From the NCBI RefSeq assembly GCF_018977255.1, contig NW_024704742.1, positions 26,476,001 through 26,540,000 of the forward strand: a stretch of 64,000 nucleotides of DNA. The letters run 5' to 3'. This stretch comes from Callorhinchus milii (taxonomy: Eukaryota). The position numbers and the translations under genes are program-made. Under the pieces are notes generated by a model. It made no database searches, was not told the DNA's origin, and saw only the letters and a program-made list of their open reading frames with translations. Below are positions 38,406-53,080 of this stretch, one piece after another. Positions within the stretch are counted from its first letter, which is position 1, and the number at the start of each line of letters is the position of its first letter.

Positions 38406-41340
38406 CAGTCCAAGACCATAGCAGTGTTGCCCTCTCCACCCCCTTCTGGTGCTCACCCCCCCGTTTGGATAACCAGCTAGCAGCATCAAGCACTTTGAGA
38501 TGTCCCCCTGATGTGAAAGATGCTATATGAATGTGAACTGTTTTGTATCAGGCCTCTGCAGATTTAGTTGAGCCAAGCTGTGTGTGACACGGAACTGGCT
38601 AAGGGCATTCCCAGCTGTGGCTGGGGACGCCGCTGATGTCAGGGGCCTTCTGCACCCGAGCTGTCATCTGGCCACTAAGCACCAGAAACAGGAGGTGTAC
38701 ATTCTATCTGAGCTCACAGTAAGGGAGGGGCAGGTCTCACTGTATTGTTAAACAGCGAGCACATCGCAAATGTGGACTTACCATTCAAATGACCACCCGA
38801 GGCAACTCGATCATGGCATCATGATCCTGCTGTAAACCCGCAGGCTGCTGAGATATCAATGAATGTCTGTACTGACCGTCATCTATTTGCTTACTTTTAA
38901 GTACCAGACAAACATGTAGAGTCTTTGGTCAGTAATAAGCTACCCAAACCCCATGCAAAGCGCCCGTGACAACGCATCAACCATCCGCCAATTACTGCCA
39001 GTGTCTCAAGCAACGGTTAATTAGTTGCAGTGGTTTGTGAAGAAGATCGAAGGAGCACAAGTCTAAGAAAAATCAGTTAACCTTGTCACGCATCTCATTG
39101 ATGGAAATGATCAATAATTGAATCAATATTCATTAAGGAAACTCAGTTGCAAATGTCCCGTTTGCTGATTCTCATGTGTCTGATTTACTATTTGAACTGA
39201 CAGAAAATCCATGTACGTTGTCCTGTCTGGAGTCACAATGTATTTGCACAATGTGAAGCTCATTTGTTCTTTTGTCTGGCTCCATTGTAGATCTTTTTTA
39301 TACTGTTGTGGTTATTCCAACGATGATTTAATTCTGCCAGGAGATATTGCTAAAAAAGGGTTTGATTGCCCTTGAATGTTGAAAATACAGCCTTACGTAA
39401 CCACATCTTTCATTCTCAGTTGGTGGGCAGAAATAATGTTTAGTAGGTAAGGCAGGTCTAAGTTGGGTGGTGGGGAAGGGGAAAGTGTCCTAATTTGCAA
39501 TATTTGCTACAGAGATGGGAAATGCTGAGTTTGTCTTGCAAAAACCCTTCTAATTTGTTTACAAAAGGACTAATCGCTGTTACCTCCAAGCAATCTCCTT
39601 TACAGCATGTAGCATCCACAACAACAACTTGCATTTATATAGCACCCTTTACGCGGGGTAGCGTCCTGGAGCGCTTCACAGTGGCAGAGTCAGACAACGG
39701 AGTATCACTAGATCAGCTCAGAGATGTGTTCAGGGGACATTCCTTGAGAAAACATTTAAGACATGACGGCTTTTGACAGTGGCTCTTTGCACTGGAGGAC
39801 TATTTATAAAAGCCAATAACTCCCTTTAACAGAGCAGCTTTATCTCTAACATAATCCTAAACCACACTTACATTGAATTGTAATCAACAAGTGATTTATA
39901 AAAATATTAAGAATATCATCAAATATCAGGCAGGTTTTAACTCTACTTATGTCATGCTCTGGGAGGTACACAGCAAGACATTATGACGAGTTGCGCTAGT
40001 TTGACTTCCCACTGACATGTATGAATCACAAACTACAGGCTAACTCTACCTCGATTTCGCTATAGTTTCTGTTGATTTGTACATTTGGTTTAAAATAGTG
40101 ACGGGGTATTTCAAAGTTTGTTCCACACTAGAATTTGTTTTAATAGTACATCACAAAGAGCATTAAAGGGGGAGATTTTAAGGATGTTGGTCAAAGACAC
40201 ATTGAAAGAGAGAAATGCTTAACATGGTTCTGAACTTATGGAAGTGTTTTGGGGAGAGTTTTAGAGATTGGAGACAAAAGAGAGTAAGAGGTGGGAGAGA
40301 CAGCAGAGGGAGTGTGCGGCTAGATTTTGAAAGGACCCTGAAGCTGGCAATTGGGGATCAGGAGAGCCTGGCAAGGATGGGGATACGTAATAGGCATGAG
40401 GAATCCGAATAAGAGAGAAAATACAGACTGCACAATCCTGCATGAGCTGGATCACGCTTTGAGACGTCTAGAAGACGTGAAGAGCGCTGTATCAAATGCA
40501 AGGATTATTATTATTATATTATTATAATTGCCTAAAAGTAAACTAAACAGATTCATTGATTTCAGCTCCTACCTTCCGACAAGTGGTTGAATAGCTTTTC
40601 ATTACAGGCCTTGCTCCACCACTTTTCCCATCTCTACATGGAATACGTGGCAATAATTTTCCTGTTGTGTGTGGTTTCAGACACGATTTAAATCCCAGAT
40701 GATCTCCCATTACAGAAGCTCTCCTGTGCTGACTGACAGCTACGGAGGCAGATAAAATGAATGTCCCATTATTACTACATTCTCCATAATTAAAGCAAAC
40801 TGAAGGCTGAAGCTTCTTTTTCTTCTGAGTTTAGGTTAATTGGGGTCTTTCAGCTTTGAAAGGATCTCAGCCACAAGTGCAGTTACGGGGACAATGCCTT
40901 TTCTAAAGCACTTTCCTGAAGCGTGAGAGGCGTCGTGTACCTTTTATTTCTGACTCAAACACAAAGATAACCTGATTTAGTTCTTTTCCTTTCATTTTTA
41001 AAATTTGTTTCCTCCTTTACACTTTCTTCGCTTCCCTGGTGCCTTGTGCAATGTTTCCCTGGTGGAGAGGATGGTGGACTCCAAGAACTGTTAACATTAC
41101 TTATTTTGCTTGGAGGTGAAAAGGGGAGCCTAAGGCGACATCCCTTCATTCAGCGAAACCCTGAAACCCTCGTATAACACTTGGAACAATGGTTGGGGGA
41201 GTCAAAGACTGGACTGGGACCACAAGGGCATCCCATAGTGTGAGAGAAAGAGAAAAAAAAATGAGGGTGAGAAAGCAAGCGAGCCAGCCAGAGAGAATAT
41301 GGGTGTAAATTAATTAGTAAGGTGAGCACGCCTGTGTGCA

Positions 41341-41400
41341 AGAGAGAGAGAGAGAAAGAGAGAAAGTATGAGCATTAGAGTGAGGAGAGAGAGAAAGGAC
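41341..41400. repeat. (GA)n-rich low-complexity tract
   Basis: agagagagagagagaaagagagaaag...gagagagagaaagg. Confidence 0.8.
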
Positions 41401-44400
41401 ACAGAAAGCGAGAATCAGAGTCTTTAGGGTTTAAAAGGCATGCAAAAGGCATCACTTCCAATAAAAAGTTCTTCTAATAAAGNTTTTTCAGGGAATCCCT
41501 TGTATGTTGCAATGACTTGGAGACTTTGATGGAGAAAATACAACAACAACTTGCATTTATGTAGCACTTTTCATGCGGGGTAGCGTCCCGGAGCGTGAAA
41601 TATGGTTTACATCACAGCACTACCACTTTAGACTGCTTTATCTTCCCTCCCATTCTCTGTCTTTCCTTTACACCCCCCAACTCCCCGACAGTCAAAATCA
41701 TTGAGAGACATGTTCTCCCTGTTTACACAGCGATCATCATGTGATCCATTGACCCATTCTAATTTCTTTACACAAGGCAACCACACAGTCTTGAAACCAA
41801 AAAATTAGACTCTGCGGTATCGAGCAATGGCCGCCAATTCCACTTCTGGCTCATCAGGTCATCAGCGATACTTGCTGTGCACACACATGCAATGTGCAGA
41901 AAGTGATGTCAGCAGCGACCCAACAAGCAGCAATCTGGAAGGTGACTATTTTGTAGCACGGGAAGCCAGCAGCCAGCGCTGGAAGCTCTGAAGCCACAAT
42001 ACTGTGGATCCACAGTAGACCCGGCTATAACCAAACCGGGGCTCAACCAAGGTGCCTTCTGAAAGGACTGCACTGTATACAGTTCAACGCAACCCTGACT
42101 TCTTCAAACATTGAGGCTAAAAGTGGCACTAGCATTAAACATCAATATCACATGTTCATAAATTTAGAATAAAGTCTTGATAAACAAATACAAACATTTA
42201 GGACATTACGTTCATACGAAGTCCAATTGAACATCTAGCTCATGCATAATACTGTTCCGTTACTGCACTGCTAACTGAATCGAGCATGCTGAAATGTAAT
42301 AGAGATTATTAAATCTTGTAAGAAGCAATAAAATGAAACAGGAGAAAGCAGAAAGTGAGGAGGATTAGGTGCATGACATGCCCCACGTATTGTCTTAATG
42401 TCAGAAAAGCTCAAGACAACGGGGCAAGAAGTGCCTCTGCATTGACGAGGAATTGAGGAATTAGGCATTCACCAAAAAACAGAACAAATCATCGGAGAAA
42501 ATAAAAACAGTGACCTGTTCAGTGCCACTACAATCCAAGCCTCTCTATGGCAAAGACTATTCATCCACGCCTATCTGGAAGTCTATGCCAGATTAACCTC
42601 TTCTCATTAACAACATGGAATCCTGCTTTGCAAAGATGTATCCGTTACCCAGGTTTGACAAGATGTCTGAAGTTCAGGTTGCTCTACCAACCTTTCCCAT
42701 TGACTTAATGAAATCTCTCTCATTCTAAGCTTCCTGGAGCAATACTGAGGTGCTTTTGTAAGGAAGAAGGGTCAACTGGGTTAATCACAATGTAACAGAA
42801 ATAAATTCAAATCAACAGTGAATGTAGATGAAGCAGCTGTAGAACATCAAGCTCACTGACATTAAAATGGCAGAAGGCAATTCATTTTTAATAAACAAAT
42901 GATGAGGAGGAATTTAAAGCAGGTCTAAAAGCAGAGTGTCTGGGGTAAATGAAGGATTATTCTTAGCTTTTCTATCCTTTTGCATACTTGCACTGGCAAG
43001 ATTTGCATCCTCATTCATTATTGTTCGCATTTTTTCCTCTCCCTTCACCGCACTACATCAGTCACATGTTGTGTACATTGCTTTGCTGTATGAACTCTGG
43101 GCTGGCTCAGCGGAACACTGCTACATTAAATTGCTATTTTCCAACTCACAGATCTGGAAAATGGACTTTAATCAATGACTACAAGACCTTATTATACCTT
43201 TAGGCACCAAATAGGGCTATATACCAAAGGATGGCTATCTAAATAGTCAGGCCAGGTGAATCGCATTGCAATTCTAATTGGCACACAATCATTAGCATTT
43301 TGATTTCTTTGTCGTTTGTATAATTTGAGTGAATTTCATGTTGCATTATAAAACTGAAAAGCCAATATCATTTGTACGTTTAAAAAAAGTATTTTCAATT
43401 TAAAACAACTTAATTCTATCGCTTTTTCTTTGAATCCACAAAATATAATTCCACACGTTCAGAATTATGGACACTTTTAGATTTAAATTCTCTGTGCTGT
43501 CTGGATTAGAATTTGCAAGAAATACGCATTATGTTTTGCTGGTGACTTTAAATGCTAATCACATGAGAACAATTAAGCTCCAGGGGGGGAAAAAGATGCT
43601 ACAGATAAATTGGCAAGGTTCAAAATCCAGCATTTTCTTAAGAGCTCAATGCCACGTTTCTCAAATACTACCAATGAGGTGCAACCTGCTAATGTCTATT
43701 TGTTAATCAATCAACAACCCCCTCCCCCCACTAGTGGATGCTTCCAGTGTAGATGATTGACAGGATGCCAAAATCAGCCTTTTAAAAAATTATGCACTTT
43801 ACATTTTGAACATCAATTTAAGTGGATTGGTCTGGAAACCAATCCCCCAAAAGGTGAATTTCGATCAATCCAAATACCATCTAATATTTTTTAAAAAAGA
43901 TTAGAAACTTAATTTATTAGATCAATTTACACTAACTTGACCAAAACCTTGATCTCCGCATTTCTGTTTTGGATTTGATTTTTTCGTTCCCCTTAAATTG
44001 ATAAACTAAGCAACCCAATATGAAATACTGTAGTACTCATGGGGGAAATAAATACAGGAGAGCTCCAATGCTTGTGTCATGGATTAATGGGGCTCAGACA
44101 AGATCCCCAGAGATATGGATGTCTTAAAAATACAACTTTGGCCATCATGGAAATCAGATGAAGTTCCAAGCGCCTCTTTCTCAGTGTTCCCTTTCTTGCA
44201 TCTCCCTACACCTTGCGTCATTCCCTGCTACAAAAATAAGCAAATGTCCTGCTCCCAGGCCTCCAGCAATACCTCTGACAGCTTACAGACACGACAGCAC
44301 TCTTCAGCCGTCCACCCAATCTGTGAATACAAACGCCTGCCTGCCTGTCATCATTCTGACTGCCATCCCAAATCCAAAACACAGAGGCATATTTGCAACG

Positions 44401-45181
44401 AGCACTAGTCACTGTATTTACTCATACACATGCAACATTAAAAAAAAGGTGAAAACGAGGGCATGTCACCCGAAACAGGTAATTTTAATTAATTCAGATT
44501 TCAAAGACTATTTCAAGTTCAGAACGCACACACAGACACACTTTCTGCCGTGCTTTTATTTAATGCTAACCCAAGCACTTTTGTACAACAGCTGGGAACG
44601 TTCCCCCCTAAATTGGATCAGATGATCGTAAGATGGATTTGAACCTCAGTGAACAGTATTTGCACTGTTCAGTTCTCAGTTCAGTTCTCCGATTGCATGC
44701 TGTGGGCTGGTGTGTGAGCTGCTTTAGAGATCTTGAAAGCTAAAAGAAAAGTTCCATATACTTGAGTTTATATTAACAAAGCATCATTCAGCCATTCTGT
44801 CTCCTGTTAAACTATCAGCCACAAAGTGCTCAATAGGTAAAAAGGAGCCACACTTTCCAGACAAGGCAGCGAGGACTCCCCTTCATATGGCTGATCATAG
44901 TGATTGACAAAACTATTGGACCCGTCACCACAGGCACAACAACAACTTGCATTTATGTAGCACCCTTCGTGCAGTGTCGCCGTGTCTCGGAGCCAGAGTT
45001 TTGGTCCACAAGCTGGACCGAAACTGCGTAAGAGATCAAACGTTCAGCCAAGTTATGCTGGACAAGTTTTTCACTACAGAAGCGTCTTCCCCTACCAGCC
45101 CCCAAACACCCCCATCCCACCCCATCCAACACAGTAACATTGCAGAGCCGGCGGCTGAGTACAGGTACAACAGGAGCTTAC

Positions 45182-45346
45182 ATTTGGCATGCTTGTCGCA
45201 CAGTGCCGCTGCCCTCATGTCGCAGAGCCGCAGAGTTCCCTTGCTGCTGCTGTAGACCAAGAGGTTACAGTGGTGGGGGTGGAATTCAGCCGCGGTGATC
45301 ACTTCAGTCAGCTCTTCCATGTCCACAGGTTTGATATCTACAATGT
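45182..45346 (-). CDS. PPP2R2C: PP2A B55-gamma coding exon (165 bp)
   Basis: cttttatccag|(N)[54 protein letters not shown](L)|gtaagc; phase 1 to 1. Confidence 0.97.
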
Positions 45347-46324
45347 CTGGATAAAAGCTTCATTAAGGAAAACAAAAGGCGCACAACTTCATTCACAATA
45401 AACAACGGATTTGGCATCAAAATATTTGACGGTTAACAAGGGCCACAGTTAAGATTAAGATTTAAAACAATGCCATGTGCAGGACACCACATGAACAGGA
45501 TCCTCAGATTTACTTTGTTAAGGTTTTGTAATTTCTGAAAACGAATGTTCGGAGAACTAGAATGAAAGGTAGAAATACAATCTCTGTAATGAAAAAAGTA
45601 GTTACTGAGGATTTCAAATCTTTCCACATTATTTTCTCCATTGGAAACCTATCTTTGTCAACAAATACACAGTCACAAATTCTGTGATGTGCTTTCAGAC
45701 ATCTTAATGATGTGATAAGGTGCTTTGTTAAAGGTAAAATATTGTTCAGATGATCTGGAACACTCATCCTTCCATCAGAGCATCAAGCTGCTAATAAAAT
45801 GAGTCTAGTTTCTGGCCTCTAACACCCTTCGTGGTAACCTGTTCCAGTTGTTAAATTATCCTCTGGGTAAAGAAATACTTCTTGGCATCTGTCTGCCCTT
45901 TGCAATTCTAATCCTGTACCCTATTATTCTTTAGCCTCAGCACATTTGAAAATAACCTGTTTTGTTCTGGGTTTACTTTCTCAATCCCGTTTAAAATGTT
46001 ATACACCTCGATAATGTCCTCTCTGAGATGTTCCTTTGTCATGTCACACAATGGGGATGTAAGGTAGGGATTCTCCATCACAAGGTCTCTGGACAGTTGA
46101 GGTACAGATCAGCCATGATCTAATTAAATGGCGTAACAGCCTCGAAGGGCTGAATGGCCTACCCCTGTTCCTACGTTCGCATGACGCGATCAGACTATCA
46201 GGAAATCACCGCAGCTACAGGGAAAAAAGACTGAAAGAAACCACTACAAGCTCACTCTGATGAGATTTCAAGTGACTGGAGATTTCCAGGGTCAAAGGTA
46301 GCATTGACAAGTTAAAACTGATGC

Positions 46325-46652
46325 ATTCAAGCCCCACGTCGAGACATGGAACTTATACAGTCTAAGCTAACACTGCTGTGCTGCATTGTAATTTGGATGA
46401 GACTTTAACTGGGTCTGTCTGTTCAGGTGGACGTAAAAGATTGCATGGCACCATATGAAAACAGAAAGCAGTGTATCCCGATGTCCTGGCCAACAATCCT
46501 CCAAATCCAATTGGTCACCCACTCCATAGCTGTTTGTGGGACCTTGCTGACACATTCACCCAAAAAATCCACACAATCACACCACTTTACAGTATATCAT
46601 GTAATGTCTCGAAGACTTGACAAAGCACTACATCAAATGCAAGGGTTATTAT
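46325..46652 (+). mobile_element. DeuSINE-like SINE, degenerate
   Basis: ttcaagccccacgtc...caggtggacgtaaaagattgcatggcac...catcaaatgcaagggttatt. Confidence 0.75.
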
Positions 46653-47161
46653 AATAGCAGATGGTCCCGCAGTTACACAGTTATGAGAAGGTCCATCTAT
46701 ATAGTACTACCCATAAAACCTCGCAAATCATTTCATTCCCTTCCCTTGTACTGAATGATTAAAACGGTATGAAAAATAAAATTAAGAGGTACAAAAATCA
46801 ACTAAAACAAACATTACTTTACTTTGCTCAGCCCTTCGCAATAATGTACACAGGTACTCAAAGTGGAGTGAGGTTTCTCAGCAAAATAAAGCAGTGTTAG
46901 GAATCGGAAACAACTTACTCATAAGCACAACAGGCCTGAGTAAGACACAGACATGTCTCTGAAAGTGATTTATTTCCTTAAATCACTGCATCCCACCACG
47001 GAGATCTGCACCATGCTAAGAGACAAAAAGACATTTGTCATTAACAAATTCATGTTGAAATATACAACTGGGGTTTCTTACCATTACTGTTACTGTAAAT
47101 GGGACTGCAATACCACATATATCATCCACGGAAACTGGAACGCTCCAAGGCTATTGAAAAC

Positions 47162-47650
47162 TAACAACAACTTGCATTTATACAGCGTCCCTCACGAGTA
47201 TAACATCTCAGAGCACTTTAAGGTAGGAGAGGAACAGAGCCTGATGAGAGCAACTGGTTGACTGTGGCTGTCAGCAAGGGGCAGAGGAGGGGGAGTTGCA
47301 TGACCAGCAAATGGGTGGGGAGGGGGTCGAGGTAGCAGGTGGTGGACTTCATGTGAGAGATGGTGGTTGAGAGGGAGGATGGAGTAATCGGGCAAAGGAG
47401 TGTAGGAAGGGGTTGTGGTGGAAGAAGTGGGCAGTGTATATGGCTCAGGGAGGGTGGAAGGGGATATGGGGAAGGAAGAGAATGCAGCCAAGCAGATGTT
47501 TTCAATCTTTGAGATGACTAAGTCGAGGACCTCTTCGCACTTGGCTAGGATAGAGGATGCTTGAGGGGGTGTGCAGAGGAGTTGATGAACAGTGGAGAAT
47601 AGTACCTTTGGATTATTTGTGGCCTCCAGAATGCCTTTGGAATAGAAGTC
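47162..47650 (-). mobile_element. Old L2 fragment(s) with (TTG)n tail
   Basis: Minus-strand peptide MKSTTCYLDPLPTHLL (cf. [16 protein letters not shown]), abutting a 3' tail aacaacaacttgcatttata; an internal deletion or two adjacent pieces. Confidence 0.8.
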
Positions 47651-49535
47651 AGACTAATGTCGTCAAGACATCTCAAAGGATTTCACAAACCCCAGGCAGA
47701 AGACAACTAAGCAAAAAAAAACGCGGAAGATGAAATCACCCGCCACAGAGTCAGTACATGTGGCCGGATCTCAGGTACGCTTTGAGCTCTCATCACAATT
47801 GCTAAACTTTTTGTGTGAACATTATCACACGTCAACAGAGAAGCACGCTACAGGGTGAAAACCACAACTAAAGAAGACTGCACCATCAGGACTAGAGAAA
47901 AGATACCATAAAATGATGAGGATGCTCCATTAAAAAAAAATGGAGTGATTCCTAAATGAAAGGCTGTAAAACTTTCACTTTCACTTTCCCTCCGCACTCA
48001 TAGCTTCTGCGATGCTATGCAATTCAAACATCGAGGCCACACAATCAATGTCTTATGCATACATGTATTTTAAGCACCAAGCATGGCTTTTAGAGGACAC
48101 CCTCTGAATTAACAGTAATTTGTTGCTACCGCTCTAATGGCTTGGTGGGTGAAGGAGCACCACCCAGAACAGGGGGTTGCAGCTTTCACTTCCGATCCTT
48201 GCTGCGTTGGGATGATCTCAGCCATGGAATCAGCAAGTTCAACTAGGGAGAGAGAAAATAATAGGGTTTTTGCTCTCAATCGCCATTCAAAGACCCTTTC
48301 AGGAGGTTGTGTGGAAATGAGGCATTGCAAATATAGTTGAATTGTGTGTCCGATTTATGGACATAATCAAACACACCCACAGTGAGAATTCCCATTTACA
48401 GTTCAACAAGGAAAGCGTTCCTGCTTGCTGCTGGACACAGTGGAAAGCGGTTTTGTGCATTTCAGACTGAATATGAAACCCAATTAGCGTCCAGCAGTGC
48501 TTCAAATTCTACTGCCTTACACACAAGATTCGCACCGGCACCTACAAAGTACTTATTACTATAAAATAAAATTAAACTAGAGGAAAATGTCTCCCTTCCA
48601 TCCCCTCACCCCCCTCCCCACTCCTACACTCCTACAGAAATAACATTTCTAATGATCTCAAACAAAACATCAAAAGCAAATGAACCAGCATTTCACGACC
48701 CATTCATCATTTTGTCCCAGCACAATCTCCCAATGCAAGATAATGAGGTTGAGTTATAGTGTTCAGAGCTTTCTTCGGATGAGGCATGCAGTCTCGCTGC
48801 TACGAGGTATTGAGCTTGTGATAAATTGCAGCCAACAGCAACACGGATTTGTTGCTCATTCACTTTACCGAGTAAAATCCACTCATTCAAAAGCACGTTC
48901 TCCCAAATCTCGAGAGGTGCAAATACTTTCACGGTCTGGGCACAAGGGGCTGAAATAATAAATAAGGTATTCAGCGTCTGATTACAAAGCAGGAAGGGTC
49001 AACTGGGCAAAGCTGGAGCACATCCCAAGCCTCCAGATGCAGGGCTTATCTGTGGCTGGTGCGATGCTGAACAGTGAGGCTGCCGATCATCAAGCAAACA
49101 ACACAGACACATCAGTGTGCTAATAAAAAGAACTCATTAACATGATGTATGCTGGACCTAGAGTTTCTCAGCAACAAACTGCCTAGCATTTCTCAGTGAA
49201 ATGTCTCTGAAAATGCCATCAATTTCTTAACCCTTAGTGATTGTGACTACATCAACAGGATGGAATACACAAAGAGTTAGTACAGCTACAGGCTGCAACA
49301 TCATAAAAAGGGATTCAATATTGGTTAGAAAACTTAAACTCTGATAACTGCAGATTGGGTGGTGGGAGGGGGCATAGGTGGGGGAGGATTTCAAGAATAT
49401 ACCTTAAAATTGGTCACTCAATCCACGACTTCATGGGACACTGCTGTGCGCAATTGGCTGCTGCGTTTCGCCCACAAAATATACAGTCAATTCAATTTAG
49501 TTTATTCTGTGAAGCGCTTTGAGGCATCTTGAAGA

Positions 49536-49697
49536 CAACAACAACAAGATTCCATTTATAGAGCGCCTTTCATGTCGGGAGGACGTCACAAAGCGCTGGA
49601 CAGTTGGGTCAGGAACCGAGCAGGGGAGAAATGGTGAGGGGAGTGAAGGGAGGGAGCCAGGAGGGAGGAAATGGTCAGGGTGAGGGGAGGGAAAGGA
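49536..49697 (-). mobile_element. 5'-truncated young L2 3' end nested in a SINE tail (host ~49405-49790, +)
   Basis: Matches 62025-62140. Host sequence gaggcatcttgaaga|tgtgataaggtgctatatcaaatgcaagg is split by it. Confidence 0.88.
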
Positions 49698-51065
49698 GAC
49701 AAGACAATAAGATAAGAGATAAGATAAGAGATAAGATAAGATGTGATAAGGTGCTATATCAAATGCAAGGATTATTATTATACTATTATTAATCTCAGAG
49801 TTTGGATGATGATTATTAACCAGCTGAGTTTGCCTCTTCTTTAGAATATCATCTGATCACGGGTATCCCCATTTTTCCTTCTCAACACGAGAATCCCTGC
49901 TTTTCAGTAACTGCACTACAAAGATAGATGCAAAATATCTCAGAGTGTCTCACATGTCTATGTCACACCAGCACTGCAGATGTGTCTGTCAATCTGTCTC
50001 ACACTCCCAGACTCAGGAACCTTGCTGCCACTCATCAGCAGATTTCCCACTACAACAAATGAAGCAACCTGGTCCTAGAGGCCTGTTCACAACACAAAAA
50101 ATGCACAGGTATTAGACTTCAAATGCATAATGCATGGGAGTTTCTCCCGGTGTCCTGGCCAACAAATCACCAAAATAAAATTGGTCACTCATTCCATGGC
50201 TGTTTGTGGGATATTGCTGTGTGCAAACTGGCAAAATACCACAAAATACAGTCAATCCTTTATAGTCTATCCTGTGAAGGGCTTTGAGATGTCTCGAAGA
50301 CATGATAAGGCGGTTTATCAAATGGAAGGATTCTTCTTATTAATAAAATGTCTCAAAGAACTTCACAGATACAGAGTGGGAGCCCTGAGCAGGGCGGGGA
50401 AGGGGTAGGAGGGAGGCAATGGAAGGCATTGCCAAACGGATAGGTTTTTAAGAAGAGTTTTTAAAGCAGAGGGTGGGTACAAGGCAAAGAGATAGTTCCA
50501 GAGATTGATGAATATGCTGCCCATTGTAAAGCAGAGGAAAATTGGACCACAACCCATCAAAGTGAGACTACCAAAGTAATCGTTATTTTAGTTGCAAATT
50601 CCACCTATAACATTTGCTTCATAATGCAGCAAAAATCTGCTCCTGTCATGAAACAATTTAATAATAAAGCCCAGAAGGAATGCAGCAGTCTCTCAGAGGC
50701 AGGTAGCAAACACTTGAATGTGTGTACACTGCAAAAGCCTTTGGTAAATTTGTCTCCCTGAAAGGATTACTGAAGTGTTAACATCTCCAGAAACAGTGCA
50801 CCTGACCAGAACACTAAATAGCTTGAGTTTTACCTCTGGATAATACTCAATTGATTTGGCAATATAACCCAGTAACCTGTTTGCCTTGCTTATTGTGGCT
50901 TCACACTGTTTTGACACAGTGAGTAATGATCAAAATACACTTGTACTAGTTTAAAATATACTTATACAAATAAAACCGGGCAGTGACCCTCCAAGCAAAA
51001 TTATAAACATAGCCAATTGAGATGATTGACTCTGCAGATCAAAAGAGTCTGGTTTCAAATCTTAA

Positions 51066-51985
51066 GAAAGGTGGGAGAGTAAGCTGTGTGGATGACACAC
51101 AAAACATGCAAAGGGAAATGGACAGGATAGGTGAGTGGGCAAGAAGGTGGCAGATGGAGTATAACGTGGGGAAGTGTGAAGTTATTCACCTACGTAGTAA
51201 AAATAGAAAAGCGGATTATTTTCTAGAAGGGAGAGACTAGGTAGTGTTAGTGTTCAGAGGGATTTGGGTGTCCTTGTATACCAGTTCCAAAACGTTAGTA
51301 TGCAGGTACAGCAAGCAACTAGGAAGGCTAATGCCATGTTGGTGTTTGTTGCAAAAGGGTTAGAGTACAAGAGTAGGGAAGTCTTGCTGCAGTTGTATAA
51401 GGCCTTGGTGAGACCACACCTAGAATATTGTGTGCAGTTTTGGTCTCCGTATTTAAGAAAGGACATACTCACCTAAGAGGGGATGCAGCGTAGATTCACT
51501 AGGTTGGCTCCTGGGATGAGGGGTTTGACCTAAGAGGATAGGTTGAGTAAACTAGGCCTACATTCTCTAGAATATAGAAGAATTAGAGGTGATCTTATAG
51601 AAACCTATAAGATTCTTAAGGGTCTTGACAGGGTAGATGCCATGAGACTGTTTCCCCTGGTTGGAGAATCTAAAACTAAGGGTTATAGTCTCAAGATTAA
51701 GTGGCAGCCCTTTCGAACTGAGTTGAGGAAACATTTCTTCACTCAGAGAGTAGTGAATTTGTGGAATTCTCTACCCCAGAAGGCTGTGGATGCTCAGTCT
51801 TTGAACATATTCAAGACTGAGGTTAATAGATTTCTAAAGGATAGACGGATTAAGGGATATGGGGATAAGGTGGGTAAATGGAATTAGGTTTGAAGATCAA
51901 CCATGAACTCATTAAATGGCGGCTCAGGCTCAAGGGGTCGAATGGCCTACTCCTGCTCCTACGTCTTTCGGTCTTATGGTCTTAA
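51066..51985 (+). mobile_element. CR1-clade LINE, 5'-truncated, ORF2 C-terminus with stops and frameshifts
   Basis: EWARRWQMEYNVGKCEVIH, LYKALVRPHLEYCVQFWSPYLRKDI, RGDLIETYKIL and FFTQRVVNLWNSLP motifs. 3' end gaatggcctactcctgctcct followed by short ggtctta repeats. Confidence 0.95.
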
Positions 51986-52839
51986 AGAGTTAATTACCTC
52001 CTTATTAAACCCAGATAATAGATTGAAACTCTACACATTTGGTATAAATGGCACTGCATTGTAATAAACTCCCACTGCACTCCCACTTGATGGTCTTTCA
52101 ATGAGCAAGCTTCATATTTGGATCAAGCATTGTTTATTCAGGTCGAATTAGTTAAAGAAACATCTGATTTCTTACCTTCAAAGAGCAGCCACCATATATC
52201 AAAGTGCCTTTCAGTTTAGAGGAAAGTCAGTCGACAGTTTAGACTCCTTCAGTTTTTGAACAAGATTTGCAGAAATCCAACCAGACACAGGTCTGCACAA
52301 ATACACTGCTCACAATCACAAGACCAACCTGTTATGCACGTACTTGTTCTTCTTCTGAGCCTTGGGACATTTAGAACTAGACCAGAATAATTTATTGGAT
52401 TGACTATCAGAGAAAGCTCCAGCTTCCATATTGTAGAGGAAACTCATTCCACAACTAGAAACTGCAGTGCAGCTACTATACAAATGAATCAGTGCATGTG
52501 AGCTTGTAATGCAACAGCTACCACAAGAGGCTTCTCGTCTTCCACAAGGACATAATCAAATGAGATTCACAATGTTATGCCGGCTTAATTACTCATGTAT
52601 TGAGAATGTACAAATCTGACAGTGTCTGGGAGGAGTCCTTGAAAGAGCTCAATCTGATGACCAATAGGAATTCATCTGTGAAGCAGTGCAGATAATTGCA
52701 AGCTACAATAAATTATAAGGATTTAAAATGGCACGTTAGGATTGACTCGGGCGATATCTATCACACAGTCTCCATCTGCACAAATGGAACCCGAGTCCGA
52801 GAAGAACGTTGGCAAGGCGGAGCCAGAGAAGGCAAGGAT

Positions 52840-53080
52840 TGTACAACACGGAAACAGGCTATTCGGATCAACCAGCTCGTGAAAGTGTTTATACTCCACA
52901 TGAGTCTCTCCACCCATACCTTCTATTCCCCTTTCCCTCATGTAAAATCCAGCTTCCTTTTAAATGCATCTGTACTAATTGATTCAACTACTGCTTCGGG
53001 CAGCGAGTTCCACAATCTCACTACCCTCTGCATGAAGTAGTTCCTCCTAAGTTCTCTTCTAGATTCCCAATCTTATCTTA
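52840..53080 (-). mobile_element. CR1-clade LINE 3' fragment
   Basis: Reverse complement contains ttaggaggaactacttcatgcagagggtagtgagattgtggaactcgctgcc (RRNYFMQRVVRLWNSLP). Confidence 0.8.

Noticed and set aside
41483..41483. Single ambiguous base N
   Set aside because: Assembly ambiguity or join, not biology; distances across it may be unreliable.
35663..44625. Longer intronic ORFs (35663-36091, 44158-44625) as nested genes
   Set aside because: No recognisable domains, splice context or coding-like composition; consistent with random ORFs.
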